Positions 1-15,637 of a stretch of 64,000 bases of DNA are shown here, piece after piece. Each line of letters starts with the position of its first letter. Position 1 is the first letter of the stretch. Source of the stretch: Eledone cirrhosa (Eukaryota); assembly GCA_964016885.1 (NCBI GenBank), contig OZ024751.1:7564001-7628000 (forward strand). Direction: 5' to 3'. The translations under genes and the position numbers were made by a program. The notes beneath the pieces were generated by a model that was given only the letters and a program-made list of their open reading frames with translations, did no database searches and was not told the origin of the DNA.

Positions 1-152
1 CTAGTTGTTTGTTTGTTCTATGTGTGTGTGTGTGTGATATATATAGCTATATATATGCATATATATATATATAAACATTTTTTTGTTCGTTTTTTTGTGT
101 GTGTCTGTATGTTTTCATGTTGTCCTTAATTATAAGTTGCGATGTTACTATT

Positions 153-2214
153 TCATTCATGTTTTCTATTTAATTTTGATTGGAGTTCATTTATATTTAT
201 TGCCTCTGTGATTTTTCTAAATATTGCATCTTTTCTGTGTGTAGATTCTATTTTTATCTCTATGTTCTCTAATTTGCCCTTAGGTCCTATTTTAGCAATG
301 TTGGTGGAGTATTGATGAGTCTTTTCTATGTTGGAGTTCTCGCCACTGTTCAATTAATCGTTCTACTATGCTACGAGCTGTCTCAACTATGTACATTATA
401 TTATTATTTTTACATTGCCCCTCAGTACATCTTATGCTATATACTATGTTTCTAGTTTTACAGTTGATATGGAGGCTTAGCTTACAGATTATGCATTTAC
501 AATCTATTCGGAGAGGTCTTTGAAAAGGGTATGCATTACTAAATAGTGTTTTTATGGAGGTACCTGGTATTTCCACTATCTTAATATTTATTTTAAGTTT
601 ATCTAGGGCCCTTCTAAATTTGTGAGCTAGTTCACCTCTAGGGTTGTATTGATGAACATTACACTCTGGTATTTATTGCTATCATACCATCAGTTTATAA
701 CATCAACCTTATTCCTAGTTCTTTATATTCTATTCCAAAATTTGCTCCTATTTAAGGGGTAGGTCCCATTCGTATAATTATATACCATTTTTCCCATTTG
801 GTTCTGGTTCCTCTATATACTCTGATTTTGTCTCTCTGATTGTAGCCAGAGAACTGCATACGGTGGATGAAGTGTTGTATTGTCTCTCTAATTATTTGGG
901 GTTGCACATGCGGGACACGTTCCTCATCAACCTTACTAAATCCGCAATCTGTATGTTGATTTTGGTGTGATTCAAAACAGCTGAGTTACGGTGGATCAGG
1001 TATTTGGAAGTCATGAGTTTGGGATAATGGTTTCTAACCAGAGCTCTGTGTCTAGTATAGGTAATCGATGGTTGATGTGTTTGCTTGGGTACTCTATAGT
1101 AACTTTGATACTCTGGTGGATGACGTTAGCTATTTGCTGGATGCTTCCCATGGTATTTTTCTCTAATTCCTGACAGTTCTCTAGAGGGGGTGTTTTTTAC
1201 TACGATGTTTATATCATTAGCGTAGCGGGGGTACGTAATCGGGGTTAAGAGAGTGTTGTCTTCTAATTGTTCCTTAAGTATTATGTCGCCTGCAATGCTA
1301 CCACCAATGGCTGCTTCCTCCTCTTGGGCGTATGTTTTTTCATTAAATTTGAACATATGTTCCTTAAGGGTTAGTTTTATACTGGCCCCCACAGCATGTG
1401 CAATCATTTTCTTTAGTTCATCATGGTTTTCGGGGATTCGTATGTCTCTGGTCCACCCGTTCCATTTTTCTGTGTGGGTTTGCTTGGCCATTGAGATAAT
1501 GGTAGGTGGTCTGCCTCTTTCTGGCCTTGTGGGGATGAGGTTGCTAAGGTCATATGTATCTAGGTATTTTTTATTGTATGTAAGTTTAAGTAGGAGTCCC
1601 AGCTCACTGGTATCAATCCCATGGAATTCAACATCGCTCTCACTGATCATTTCCACGCATTTCTCCACAGTAAAATCTACGTCAATGGATGGGTAAAGGG
1701 ACAATGCATCCATACTACCTATTATACAATCTGTTAGGTCCCTAGACAGGTTACTTTCACTGATTCTGCTGAAGAGGTCCTCCATGCTGTCACATATATT
1801 TGGGGACATTTCGATGATAAGGCGTACGATCAGGGAGAGGACGTAGGAAAGAATGTAGTTGCTAGCAAAGTTAGCTCTACAGATTGGCCGTGATGGTGGT
1901 CCTGTGACTGCGTCACTGTTCGCCTTATGGTTTTTTCGAAGCCCATACAACGTTGGCACGTCATTGTTCCAGGCCTGCAAGTTGTTGACCGTCCATTTAT
2001 TGGGCTGCATTATGGTGGTCCACATCATCAAATGAGCGTTGAAGGTTTTCTCGCTATCCTCATGCTCTTGTGGTGTTACCTGTCTTCTGTTGGTGATGTG
2101 GGGCTGCATTACCTGGATGTAGTTTGACAGACTGTCAACCGACATTTTTCCAGATTTGTCTGTTGTAAAGCATGCAATCTCTGTATTACGTGAGCGCTGC
2201 ATGAGCTTACGCAA
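153..2214 (-). mobile_element. Decayed Penelope-like element, RT plus C-terminal GIY-YIG endonuclease (Neptune/Nematis-like), frameshifted pseudogene
   Basis: ORF 1126-2214 has TDKSGK, PTLYGLRKNHK, RPIC, GSMDALSLYPSID and a degenerate RYAND. Thumb residues DLVRLMRNVSRMCNP lie near 900-945. ORF 292-576 has CKCIIC..NCKTRNIVYSIRC..MYIVETARS (GIY-YIG-like). Confidence 0.85.
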
Positions 2215-2244
2215 GGTATGTGTGTGTTGTTGTTGTTGTTATAT

Positions 2245-3435
<1,191 letters not shown>

Positions 3436-3932
3436 CGTGTGTATGTATGTAAATGGAAACAAATTATTATCGGAAATATATTTGCATTCGTGTACACCTA
3501 CACTTGTAGAGTTTCCTATTTATGCAGGTACCTACAAGCGCATATATATCTATACATATATTAAACTCATATGTGTATGTATTTATATATTTAACATACA
3601 CATTTACACTTTCGTGCACACAACCACGTATATATGGAATTGCATATACCTATATATACATACATATACGTATGTGTATCTGTATAGGTAGATAAACAAA
3701 GAGACGAGAAATTCAGGGAATGAGACATACAGATCGATAATAGGAAATATATGTATGCAGTCATACTTGCATATAGATCGATGCATTATATGCTCGATCA
3801 AAATAAAGTTATATAGAATCATTGATTGAAGGATATCTAGGGGCACGTATTTATATATGCATATCTAGTGCACATTGTATAACGTCAAGGAGCATCAATT
3901 ACAGCATATGAAATAATTATATAGAAACACAG

Positions 3933-4014
<82 letters not shown>

Positions 4015-4043
4015 ATGCTTATATATATGTAGGCACACATATA

Positions 4044-4190
<147 letters not shown>

Positions 4191-4194
4191 ATAT

Positions 4195-4427
4195 TTTATA
4201 GAAGGAGCTTCTACAGGACTAGTACTGTTTCATTCAGATGAAATCTTACACTTCTTTTAAATCATTCAGATGAAATATTCAGGAAGCTCTGAGCTTCCTG
4301 AAGATTTCATCTGAATGAAACAGTACTAGTCCTGTAGAAGCTCCTTCTATAAAATAAAAACTTTTACTCTGCCATGTATTGAGTACCTTACTTACTGTGG
4401 TTATCCCCGACTCAGCCCGGGACCTAC

Positions 4428-4430
<3 letters not shown>
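4195..4430 (+). mobile_element. ORF-less fold-back pLTR unit, family A, in (TA)n
   Basis: 4195-4247 is the reverse complement of 4301-4354. A tail ending gggacctacg(TA)n is shared with 10027-10110 and 11490-11580. Confidence 0.8.
4291..4343 (+). ncRNA. Type I hammerhead ribozyme (family A)
   Basis: GAGCTTC-CTGAAGA-t ttc atct gaa t-GAAA-CAG tactagtc CTG-TA^GAAGCTC. Stem I covaries in the sister copies. Confidence 0.8.
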
Positions 4431-4493
<63 letters not shown>

Positions 4494-4562
4494 CTAAAAA
4501 AAGAAAATGTTCGCTCTACATGGCTGAATACAATAAATGTAATCTGAGTTTTTCGAATATTA

Positions 4563-4672
4563 ATAATTGTTTCTACATTTGGCACAAGGCCAGCAATTAT
4601 ACCAATGCATTACTGGTACTTTATTTTATCGACCCCGTAAGGATGAAAGGCAAAGTTAACCTCGGCGGGATT
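4563..4672 (-). mobile_element. MetaSINE-type SINE, partial
   Basis: Reverse complement of aggttaactttgcctttcatccttacggggtcgataaaataaagtaccag. Confidence 0.8.
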
Positions 4673-4771
4673 ATGTTAATAATAACATTCGATTCGTTTG
4701 CAATTATGGAAACCAGCCTCAACTTTATAGCCATGTCAGTAGCACGAACTCTTCTTTCTTGTATATATATA

Positions 4772-4828
4772 CTCTTTTACCCTCTTACCTGTTTCAGCCA
4801 TCCGGCTGAGGCCATGCTGGGGCACCGC
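4772..4828. mobile_element. Fragment resembling the abundant octopus (OK-like) SINE
   Basis: cttttacc..tgtttcagccatccggctgaggccatgctggggcaccgc matches my recollection of a common octopus repeat. A decayed copy lies near 5437-5482. Confidence 0.5.
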
Positions 4829-4900
4829 ATATATATATATATAAACATAATATTATTCAAAATATTAATAAATGAGAAATAATTTCATAACCAAAGTATA

Positions 4901-4963
4901 TATTTTATTATACATATTTCAACGGTACAATGGTGTTTCAGTACGTTTTCATCAGATAAAATA
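4901..4963 (-). ncRNA. Type I hammerhead ribozyme (family D-like)
   Basis: Reverse complement reads TATTTTAT-CTGATGA-aaacgtac...gtaccgtt-GAAA-tatgtaTA^ATAAAATA. Confidence 0.7.
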
Positions 4964-5045
4964 TATAAGATAAAATATATGCGACATACCGCTAAAGCCT
5001 TCAATCTCTAATTCCTGTAATGTATGTATGTATTATATATATATG

Positions 5046-5178
<133 letters not shown>

Positions 5179-5604
5179 CTTCCCGTTGGTGTTTCCAATT
5201 GCTAATACTATCTAAAACATATGACCGATCCCAATGTTGGTAAGAGTCTTTTGTCATAACATGGTTTTATGCCATTGCTGTGTCTATGATGTTATGTTGT
5301 ATACATTTGTCTTTAATTCACACAACCACGTGTAACATTGTGGCAACATAAGTGCACACGTGTTGGTAGAAGTTTTAATCCCATATATGCAAACTTAATT
5401 GCTGTTCGTTCAATCATACTAACACTATACATATACTCCTTTCCCTGTTCCAACCATTCCACTGAGGCGATGCTATGTCACCTTCCTTGATATGTATATA
5501 TATATACAGACACACACACACACTTATATATGTATGCATATATATATATATATATATACATATATATATACATTAAAACAGACACACACACACATATATA
5601 TGTA

Positions 5605-5646
<42 letters not shown>

Positions 5647-6305
5647 ATATGTGTGTGTCTTTGTGTGTGTGGGCGCATGTTTGTGTCTGTGTCTGTTTCT
5701 GTGAGTGTATGAATGTATATATATAGATAAATATGTGTATATATACATATATATATACATTTACGAGTTTCTTTTTGTTTATGGGATTTTGCACATGTGT
5801 ATGTGTAAAATGTTTTTGTACTCACACAAAAGAGATATGATACCATTTTCTTGCTTCCTTGTATGATATGACAAAAATCTCTGACATAAAATCAATACAG
5901 TCACACATACAATATTCGCATTGATTAGAGGCGATATCAAATTCCATAAGTTTTTTGTGCTTCTGTCATTTCATTGATAGATTGGTTTGCATATAATAAC
6001 TAAAAACTACGAAGTCAAGATGTTATATAATTCAGCTCCTTGCTGAATTTCAATTGTAATCACTTGCTTTCCTATCAATAACTCAGTATGGTTAGAATGC
6101 TGAGACATAGCTGTTCGGGAAGGAATTCTTCCGAAATCTGAATAAACACACACCATATTTCCCTCGCACTAAATTATTCAGCTCTAAGTGAAAAGGTCTT
6201 ATTGACACTTTCCGAATATAATGTATAATATATATGTGTGAGAGAGAGTAAGAAAGATGTAAGCCCCCCCCCCCACACACACACACAGTGCCCCCCCCCC
6301 CCCAT

Positions 6306-6350
<45 letters not shown>

Positions 6351-6609
6351 ATTCAGTGAATTAATCGTGGTGGTAGGAAAACAATCACTCGATGCACAGG
6401 CAGAGTGTATATATTAATAAGAACGAGGAAGTTTCGTTTACATGTATTTAGATTTTTGTGTCGCTGTAATACGTGCGTTTTGTAGAGGGATAGTACCAGT
6501 AATAACTACGCAGGAAGAATTGGTGAGAAGGAGAAATGTTATTGAGAGTTCGTTCTTTAACCTATGTTTCTGTAAAATACCCGTATATATTTTATATACA
6601 TATATATAC

Positions 6610-6646
<37 letters not shown>

Positions 6647-6867
6647 AGAGAGATAACATGAACAAACTTTGGGAAACTTATTTCTGTAGACATTGATATA
6701 TCTGGAATGTTCTCATTCAAATAAATTCACTGGAGACGTTACATATGTCTGCGAATGCCGAAGAGTTGTCGTCCACATTTAATAGAAGTATACGATTTTT
6801 ATATCTTAAGTTTTATGCTTGAATCACACCTGTAGCTATAGTTCTGTCTTATGCAAACTATAAATCA

Positions 6868-7048
6868 AATAATTGTTTCTACTTTTGGCACAATGCCAGC
6901 AATAACCTAGTACATTACCGGTACTTTATTTTATCGATCCCGTAAGGTTGAAAGACAAATTTAAGCTTGGCGGGATTTGAACTCAGACCATAAAGGGCCG
7001 TAACTGTTTGCTACAAAGCATGGCGTCGGAACCTCTACCGATATAGCA
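6868..7048 (-). mobile_element. tRNA-derived MetaSINE-type SINE
   Basis: The B box (rc gagttcaaatccc) and the Meta-like central domain are shared with nine other copies. Confidence 0.85.
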
Positions 7049-7786
7049 GTTAAACTACATAGAGAATATCACAGTCTTCTCTTGTGTAAGTAGTACTCAG
7101 CATGTGTCTCACCTGCTATTAAATTCTTCACGTCTACTCTCCCGACACTGCAGCCCTGAAAAGGGTGATGGCAATTAGAAATCTACCTCTATCAGAATTT
7201 ACTGTCCCATACATATAACTGCAGGTAGAAAATGTGTAAATCATAAGACAAGTTTAAAATGTAATCCGCTGCTGATAAGGAAACATTCATCAGTCAACTA
7301 TAACATTTCACAAACAGGTAGCGCGGTTAATAAGCATATACATATTCACTAAGTGCAAACACAAAGGCCAAATTGCCACCTCACTCTCACTCTGGCTATC
7401 TGTAACTATTATGGGCAAATGGGGGCGCACGTGCTGGTCGCCCCGCAACCACGGTGGTCAGAATAAAGAAGGTGTTTCCTCAGGATGGTGAGAAAATCGC
7501 GCTGGAAGAGTCCTTCCATATCTATCTAAATTATATATTGAAAACAAAACAAACATAACACTCAGACACTCGCACTACACGCTCATATTACCTTGCTCAA
7601 CGCAAGGACAATTAAAGATAACAACAATACCATCAACGAAAACATTACTATTTATATTACAATCGTTGATAATAATCGAAAATATGTCATTGGTGTTGGT
7701 TTTCTTTGCGACTATGTGTCCGTTTTTGTCGTGTCTGTGTGTGTTAGTATATACATATATTTATACACACACACACACACACATAC

Positions 7787-7817
<31 letters not shown>

Positions 7818-7826
7818 CATTTGCAA

Positions 7827-7871
<45 letters not shown>

Positions 7872-8396
7872 TATACATTCACATATATATATATATATAT
7901 TCACAAATACACACATATATATATATACATTCACAAATACATACATGTGTGTGTTCGTGTGCGTGTGTGTGCATACTAACAAAAAACGGACATATATTCG
8001 AAAAGAAAACATACGCACCAATGACAAGCTATGAAACGATATTATTATAAGGAACAATAATAATTGTTTCTCATTTGTTACAAGGTGACACAATAGGTTC
8101 ACTACGTCACTTGCTTTTATTTTTGAGTGATGAAATGTAAACGTTCCTCTCACAGAAGTTGAACTGAGAAAATAAAGAGCGTAGTTATATGAAACCAAAC
8201 GCTGCAATGCTTTTCATAAATATCTGCCTATTTACAATAAATATACAGCGCAAGAAATAGAAAGGAGACAAACGATAAGGGTCCGTGAGGCAAACAACAT
8301 AAAGCCAAATCATACCATTACCATCCAATTCCACCTCCCCCTGCTCTTCATCATCATCTTTTTTTACAGCAGCACATACAAAACAACACAGTACCA

Positions 8397-8572
8397 TGGT
8401 GGATGGGCAGTATCGGTAGAGCGTGACTCACAATACTTTGCAGCATAGAGTTATGGCCATTTACGTTCTGAGTTCAAATCCAGCGGAGGTTAACTTTGCC
8501 TTTCACTCTTACGGGGTTGATAAAATGAAGCACCAGTAATGCACTAGGTTAACTGCTGGCCTTGTGCTACAT
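8397..8572 (+). mobile_element. tRNA-derived MetaSINE-type SINE
   Basis: A box-like ggcagtatcgg, B box gagttcaaatcc, then gcctttcactcttacggggttgataaaat. Confidence 0.85.
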
Positions 8573-9146
8573 GGTTGTCCATGATATATAAGTATTTACT
8601 GATATGTAAAATTAAATATTCTTCCCTTGTGGAGTGCATTTTTGAAACTTTCGCTGCCCTTGCTGAAGTTTATTTAGATGTATAGATATCAAAATTTAAT
8701 AACTACATTATTTCATCGTACACTATTTCGTGACGTCCTCAATCCAAAGGCTGCGTAAATTTGTAGTATAATGGAACATTGTTAAGGTTTTGACACTAAT
8801 ATATTATTATTGGTAATCATTGTTGCAGCAATTACTAATATCTTTAATTTAGTTTGATGGTCATTCGTTCCAAAGCTTTTAGTTTCCCGACTTTTGAATG
8901 GACGTCCTCTAGGCTTTGGGTCCACCACTGATTTCTGTGGACCTTGCCTATTAATATTACTCTACCATTAAATGTCTTTGACATTCCTGAAACTGACACA
9001 CGCAATTTTCTATTGTGTACCGTATTACTTTTCGTTATCTCTTAACACGGAGAAGGTTCGCTGATTACATATTATGAATAATTTTCAATAATTAAAAATC
9101 TATTGAGAAAATTCCCAACATATATATGAAAATCACCATCTCTCTG

Positions 9147-9284
<138 letters not shown>

Positions 9285-9285
9285 T

Positions 9286-9745
9286 ATAAAATAAAAGGAA
9301 GCTGGACTGGTATAAATCCTTGAGAGATTTATTATACTATGATCATTTCAATGACGGGGTTCAGTATGAATCCGGTGATATCATCAGGTATTCGAGGGCG
9401 GCAGACTGAGGTAGAACATGCTAAACAGTCGTTCGTCCTCTTGTCTATGATGTTCAGCCCCATGGCTTTTATCTGTTATATCCATTGTTATATTTTGAAT
9501 ACCTGATGATTTCAACGGGTTCATACTGAATCCGGTCATTGAAATGATCATAGTATAATAAACCATTCCAGGATTTACACCAGTCCAGCCTCCTGTTATT
9601 TTATAAGAATTAACTCGATACTCGCACCAACAACCACACAAACGAAGACGGCTCAGTTGCATTACGTTGAGTGCTCTCCATAACATTACATCTAGGTTGA
9701 CCACATGGAATGACCAGTTCTATCCAGTGGTGAACCAACAAACCT
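9286..9745 (+). mobile_element. ORF-less fold-back pLTR unit, family C, with two oppositely oriented hammerheads (9334-9391 minus, 9499-9556 plus)
   Basis: 9286-9393 is an inverted copy of 9497-9605. The HHR reads ATAC-CTGATGA-stem II-GAAA-TgatcA-TA^GTAT. Confidence 0.78.
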
Positions 9746-9747
9746 AA

Positions 9748-9975
<228 letters not shown>

Positions 9976-10026
9976 ATATATATGTATGTATATATATATA
10001 TATCATATATATATATTATATATATA

Positions 10027-10219
10027 CGTAGGTCCCGGGTTGAGTCGGGGATAACCACAGTAAGTAAGATACTCAATACATGGCAGAGTAATTTTTTTTT
10101 ATTTTATAGAAGGAGCTTCTACAGGATTAGTACTGTTTCATTCAGATGAAATCTTCAGGAAGCTTCCTGAAGATTTCATCTGAATGAAACATTACTAGTC
10201 CTGTAGAAGCTCCTTCTAT

Positions 10220-10224
<5 letters not shown>
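10027..10224. mobile_element. Family A fold-back unit with two head-to-head hammerheads (about 10112-10163 minus, 10161-10211 plus)
   Basis: Near-perfect palindrome centred on ggaagcttcc (10158-10167), plus the family A tail in reverse. Confidence 0.82.
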
Positions 10225-10257
<33 letters not shown>

Positions 10258-10309
10258 AGATTCAGTTTTAAACTGGTTAGGCAATTACTCACCAGAGTAC
10301 ACGATACTT

Positions 10310-10484
10310 AATAATTGTTTCTACTTTTGGCACAAGGTCAGCAATTACCCACTACATTACTGGTAATTTATTTTATCGACCCCGTAAGGATGAAAGGGAA
10401 AGTTAACCACGACGGGATTTGAACTCAAACCGTAAAGGGACGTAACTATGCTAGAAAGCATGGCGTCCAACACGCTACCGATAC
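10310..10484 (-). mobile_element. MetaSINE-type SINE with a probable TSD
   Basis: Same consensus as the other copies; flanking direct repeat cgatacttaataat. Confidence 0.85.
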
Positions 10485-10664
10485 TTAATAATGAATGTTT
10501 ATATTATAAAGTGTCGGGACCCCGACGGTTGAGCTCTTGCCGTTTCAACAGCTAGCCCTAGCTGAGATTGTATGTGTGTATACATAGTTATATATATATA
10601 TATGACTGTGTGTGTTTGAGAGAGTGAGTGTGTGTGTATAGAAATACACACACACACACACACT

Positions 10665-10710
<46 letters not shown>

Positions 10711-10738
10711 TGTGTGTGTATATATATAAGTGTGTGTG

Positions 10739-10782
<44 letters not shown>

Positions 10783-11019
10783 TATGTACACGTACATACA
10801 TATATGTACACAGACGTACAGTAGTATGTATAAATATATATACATACATGCACACATATATATATATGTACGTATGGATATATATATATATACATACTAC
10901 TGTACGTCTGTATACATATATGTATGTACGTGTACATACTTATATTTAAGTAACAGCCGTACTAAGAGTGGGAAATGAAATTTTGTTTCATTTTTTCCGT
11001 TTATATATATAAAGACTTT

Positions 11020-11221
11020 CGACAAATCGGACCGAGGGAACAATGTTTCCGTTGGTCTTTCCAATTCCTAATACTATCTATCGGTCGCAACTCCAGGTAG
11101 AAGGAGCAACGTGAAATACAGTGTCTTGCTCAAGGACATAACGCATCGCCTGGTCCAGGAATCGAACTCACAACCTTACGATTGCTAATCAATTCTCTAA
11201 CCACTACGCCACACGCCTTCA
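11020..11221 (-). mobile_element. tRNA-derived CORE-type SINE
   Basis: Reverse-complement copy of 22222-22432 with A and B boxes and the gtccttgagcaagacact core. Confidence 0.85.
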
Positions 11222-11222
11222 C

Positions 11223-11276
<54 letters not shown>

Positions 11277-11285
11277 GTATATATG

Positions 11286-11479
<194 letters not shown>

Positions 11480-11489
11480 TATATATATG

Positions 11490-12009
<520 letters not shown>

Positions 12010-12107
12010 ATTGAAGTTTCCGTTGAAAACAGAAAAAGTCATAGGAGTGAAGACTGCTCTATGTAAGTACCAGAGCAAAATTTACTGTATAAAAAACAAT
12101 ACAAATA

Positions 12108-12185
12108 ATTACCTCATTACCAGAGGTTTCCCGAATAAGGCGAATACGAAAGAAACGTCTTCATTCGTTCGTCGGACGAGGCAAT
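12108..12185 (-). ncRNA. Variant-core hammerhead (CCGACGA) in the sense pLTR; mirror copy at 16392-16469 (plus)
   Basis: ATTGCCTCGT-CCGACGA-a cgaat...attcg g-GAAA-CC tct GG-TA^ATGAGGTAAT, with a 10-bp stem I including G-U pairs. Confidence 0.65.
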
Positions 12186-13498
12186 ATAAAACATACCTAA
12201 ATATTTGGAAAGTCTCCTCAAGAAATGCAAAAAATTTTATATAAATATAGATGAAGGTAATACAATAGACGTATACAATATATATATTTGTTTAAGAAAT
12301 ATAGTTAGGTGTGTGTATATGTATGTATATACACTCACAGATGTACATATGTATGTATGTACAAATGTGTATGTATAGTGAAAATGTGTGCGTAAATATA
12401 TATATGAGGGTAAGTATATCTGTGTATATGTAACTACAGACACAGACATGATACGAGTGTCCGGTTGACAGGTATACAGAAAAACAGTGTATTAGAAACA
12501 TTATAAGAATATGAAGGCACGCGTATAAACACACACACACGCGCGTACACTTATATGCGGAAGAAAAAGAGGTAAGGGAGTGTAATATTAAAAAGAAAGT
12601 ATCATTCTCGATATATTTATAAAAATGGAACAATAATTTAGAAAGAAAAAGAAAACAAACAAGGTACATGCGTACATACACACATATATCTATAACAAAC
12701 TTATATCTATAAAAAATATATATATACACGCAAAACGTGCAGAGAAAAGCATATGCAAGTATACATACACACATAGGATGCACATATATATATACATAAC
12801 CTCGCCCCATGTATATCTAATCACGCGTACGTACGCGACTGTATACACACACGCATATACACACACATACATATATACATACATATATACATACGCACAC
12901 TTACACATTCATACATTCAGTACGTACACACACACACACACACATACATACACTCACGCACGTTGACCCGCTTACATGCACACACATAAAAATAAGAATG
13001 TAAAAAAACATAGATGTAAAAACACAGACATAAAAAAAACACACATACATACACATATATATATACACGCACGCGCGCGCACATACGGAGGCGTTCGTGT
13101 ATATATACAGAAAGTATACACACATAAAGACGCTCAGACACATAGATACAGGGTGTAAAAACAGCCTTGTGAATAAGTGAGTACAAATATAAAAATATAA
13201 AATTGGCTGCGAAATAACAGAAAATATCTGGGGTGGAAAACGCAAGTGACCTCTGTAATCAGGTAGTGAACAAAATAGGGAAGTACAAAGTGGAAAGTGA
13301 AGATATCAGGTAAGTGAATCGGAGAATAAGGGGGGGGGGGTAGTGGTGGATGTGAAGTAAAAATAAAAATAAAAATAAAAATAAAAATAAAAATAAAAAT
13401 AAAAATAAAAATAAAAATAAAAATAAAAATGAAATTAATAATAAGGTTAAAAATGAAAGTAAATCAGAAAAGGTAGTCTTAAAGAGAATAATAAGAGC

Positions 13499-15597
13499 TT
13501 ATGGAGGATAAGTATCTGAAAGTGTGTTAAGTTTATATGAGCTGGAAAGCAGGTGTGATTTCATGTGTGGGCAACTGGTAAACATTTCTGTCTTTGTGTT
13601 TAGGCAGGTCTTTGGTGATTTAATGTTTTGCAAAATCCAATATTTTTCATTTATGCAGAGCGTCCATTTTCTTGTTCCTCTTGCATTTTCTTTAGATTGG
13701 TTCAAAATTGACCAATCCAATTTATATTGGATACCTTGGTCTTTCAAATCCCATATTCTGCTAGCCAGAGCTGTTGTAAATCTTTTTTCTGGATGTCGAA
13801 AGAATGCGACATGTGAGTAATAACGCGTTTTGAATTTGTTTTGCGCCATACCCACATATCGTTCACTGGTGGCTGGTTGGTTGCTGCTGATGGTTGTCAC
13901 TTTAGCCGTATATACAATGGCTTTGGTGTTGCATTTGCCTTGTAATGGGCATTCACTTTTGATTCTACAGGAGCAATTTTGATGTTCTCTAGGTGATTTT
14001 TTGTTGATGATATATGATTTAATAGGGGGACGGCAGGAGTAGCTAATTTTGGCACAGTTTCTATTAAAGATCTTATAGTATCTATGTGTTCTAGGGAAAT
14101 GTTTATCTAAGAGCTCTAGGAATGTTTTGCCTACATCAGTTTTAACTGCTAGAGAGTAGGGGGATGTGAACCAGATTATTTTTCTTTTCCTGTTTTTATG
14201 TTTAATAGAGTTAGTATAGTTGGGTATGTATTTAATCGGTTCGCTAAAACCGCTATTTTGGAGGGCTATATGATAGTAGGCGGATGCCTTATTGAAAATA
14301 GCTTCTGAGGAAGAGAGGGTGGAGATCCTACGGCTAATATTAGGGATAAGGTTTTTACTATCTAACTATAGGAGGATGGCAACAGCCTTTATTTATATAT
14401 TTTAAGTTTTCATTAGGTTTATGCTATGGTTTATAAGAAGCAGTAGGCAAATCTAGGTTTATATCTAGGAAATTTACATTGGAAAGGTTAGCGTCAATAG
14501 TAATTTTAAGATTAAAACTAGCAAAGGTTTTTATTAAGTCTTTCCCTAATCTATCTAAGTTATGGCCTATGGTGGTATGGGAAAGTATTAGACCATCGTC
14601 GCGATAAAGCCCAAAAATATGGTTAGGGAATGTTTCTTTAAGTGTGTGTAGGAGGAATAGGCCGACTAAATCACAAACATCAGCACTATCAGAAGAACCC
14701 ATTGAGACATCGAATGGGCTCTCTGGGTTAGATATTTTTACTCAAGTGTCAGTATCAGTAAAGAGTAGAGTGTTTCTAGCGTGCACGATGACATTCTCTT
14801 CAATATCAGAGATATTGGTAAACTTTCTAGCGAAATTTAAAGCTTTCGCTAAAAGAGTCTGCGTGATAGATGAGTAGAACTCTACAATGTCAAATTGGGT
14901 GAATCTAGAACTATTTTTGTTTTTAATTTTATTAAACCAATGTACTACGGAAGAGCTATTTATCCATTGGAGTAATTTAGACTTACTTCTAATGTTTGTA
15001 TTTATATTACTTAAACATTTTTTGCTGGCAAGACCAATATCAGTCTTAGCAGGGTTGATTAATCTACAACTAGGACGATTAATAAAGTCGGGTTTGTGAT
15101 CTTTAAGGGTGATATATGTATTACGTTTATCAAGTGTTTCTGTCCTATTATCTATTTTTAAAGAAACAGCTAATTCTTTAGCTTCCTTATTTATATTATG
15201 ATACGTGTTTATATTAGCTATTTGGTATTTAGAGGTGATTCTATCTATTAATAGTTGTGACAGGCTGTGAATTGGCAGTATCGGTAGAGGGTTGGACGCC
15301 ATGCTTTCTAGCATAGTTACGTCCCTTTACGGTCTGAGTTCAAATCCCGCCAAGGTTAACTTTGCCTTTCATCCTTACGGGGTCGATAAAATAAAGTACC
15401 AGTAATGCACTGGATAATTGCTGGCCTTGTGCCTAAAGTAGAAACAATTATCTATTAATAGTTGGTCGTGTAAATTATTGTTAACTTCATATAGGTTTTT
15501 AGTTTTGTCGGAGAAGATGAACTTATTATTAGAAGATTTGAATGTTGAAATATCATTAGATAGTTTAGATTGAAAAGGGTTAGAGTACTTACGTAAA
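13499..15597 (-). pseudogene. PLE RT-GIY-YIG ORF remnant, interrupted by stops, frameshifts and a SINE
   Basis: Motifs FSDKTKNLY, LKDHKPDF..RLINPAKTDIG, QFDIVEFY, MGSSDSADVCDLVGL, GLYRDDGL, YVGMAQNKFKTRYYSH, LCINEK. Confidence 0.9.
15258..15448 (+). mobile_element. MetaSINE-type SINE inserted into the PLE ORF, 16-bp TSD
   Basis: TSD tatctattaatagttg at 15242-15257 and 15449-15464; PLE homology resumes on both sides. Confidence 0.92.
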
Positions 15598-15606
15598 ATG
15601 AGTGTA

Positions 15607-15637
<31 letters not shown>

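Noticed and set aside
1253-1696. Antisense ORFs over PLE RTs (also 36894-37322, 50388-50597, 13524-13820)
   Set aside because: They are shadows of the opposite-strand RT frames.
14742-15314. ORF start MLESMASNPLPILPIH as the PLE N-terminus
   Set aside because: It derives from the antisense strand of the inserted SINE.
13499-15597. In-frame stops in PLE ORFs as selenocysteine codons (Naiad-like)
   Set aside because: The endonuclease is C-terminal, and the lesions include frameshifts and non-TGA stops, consistent with decay.
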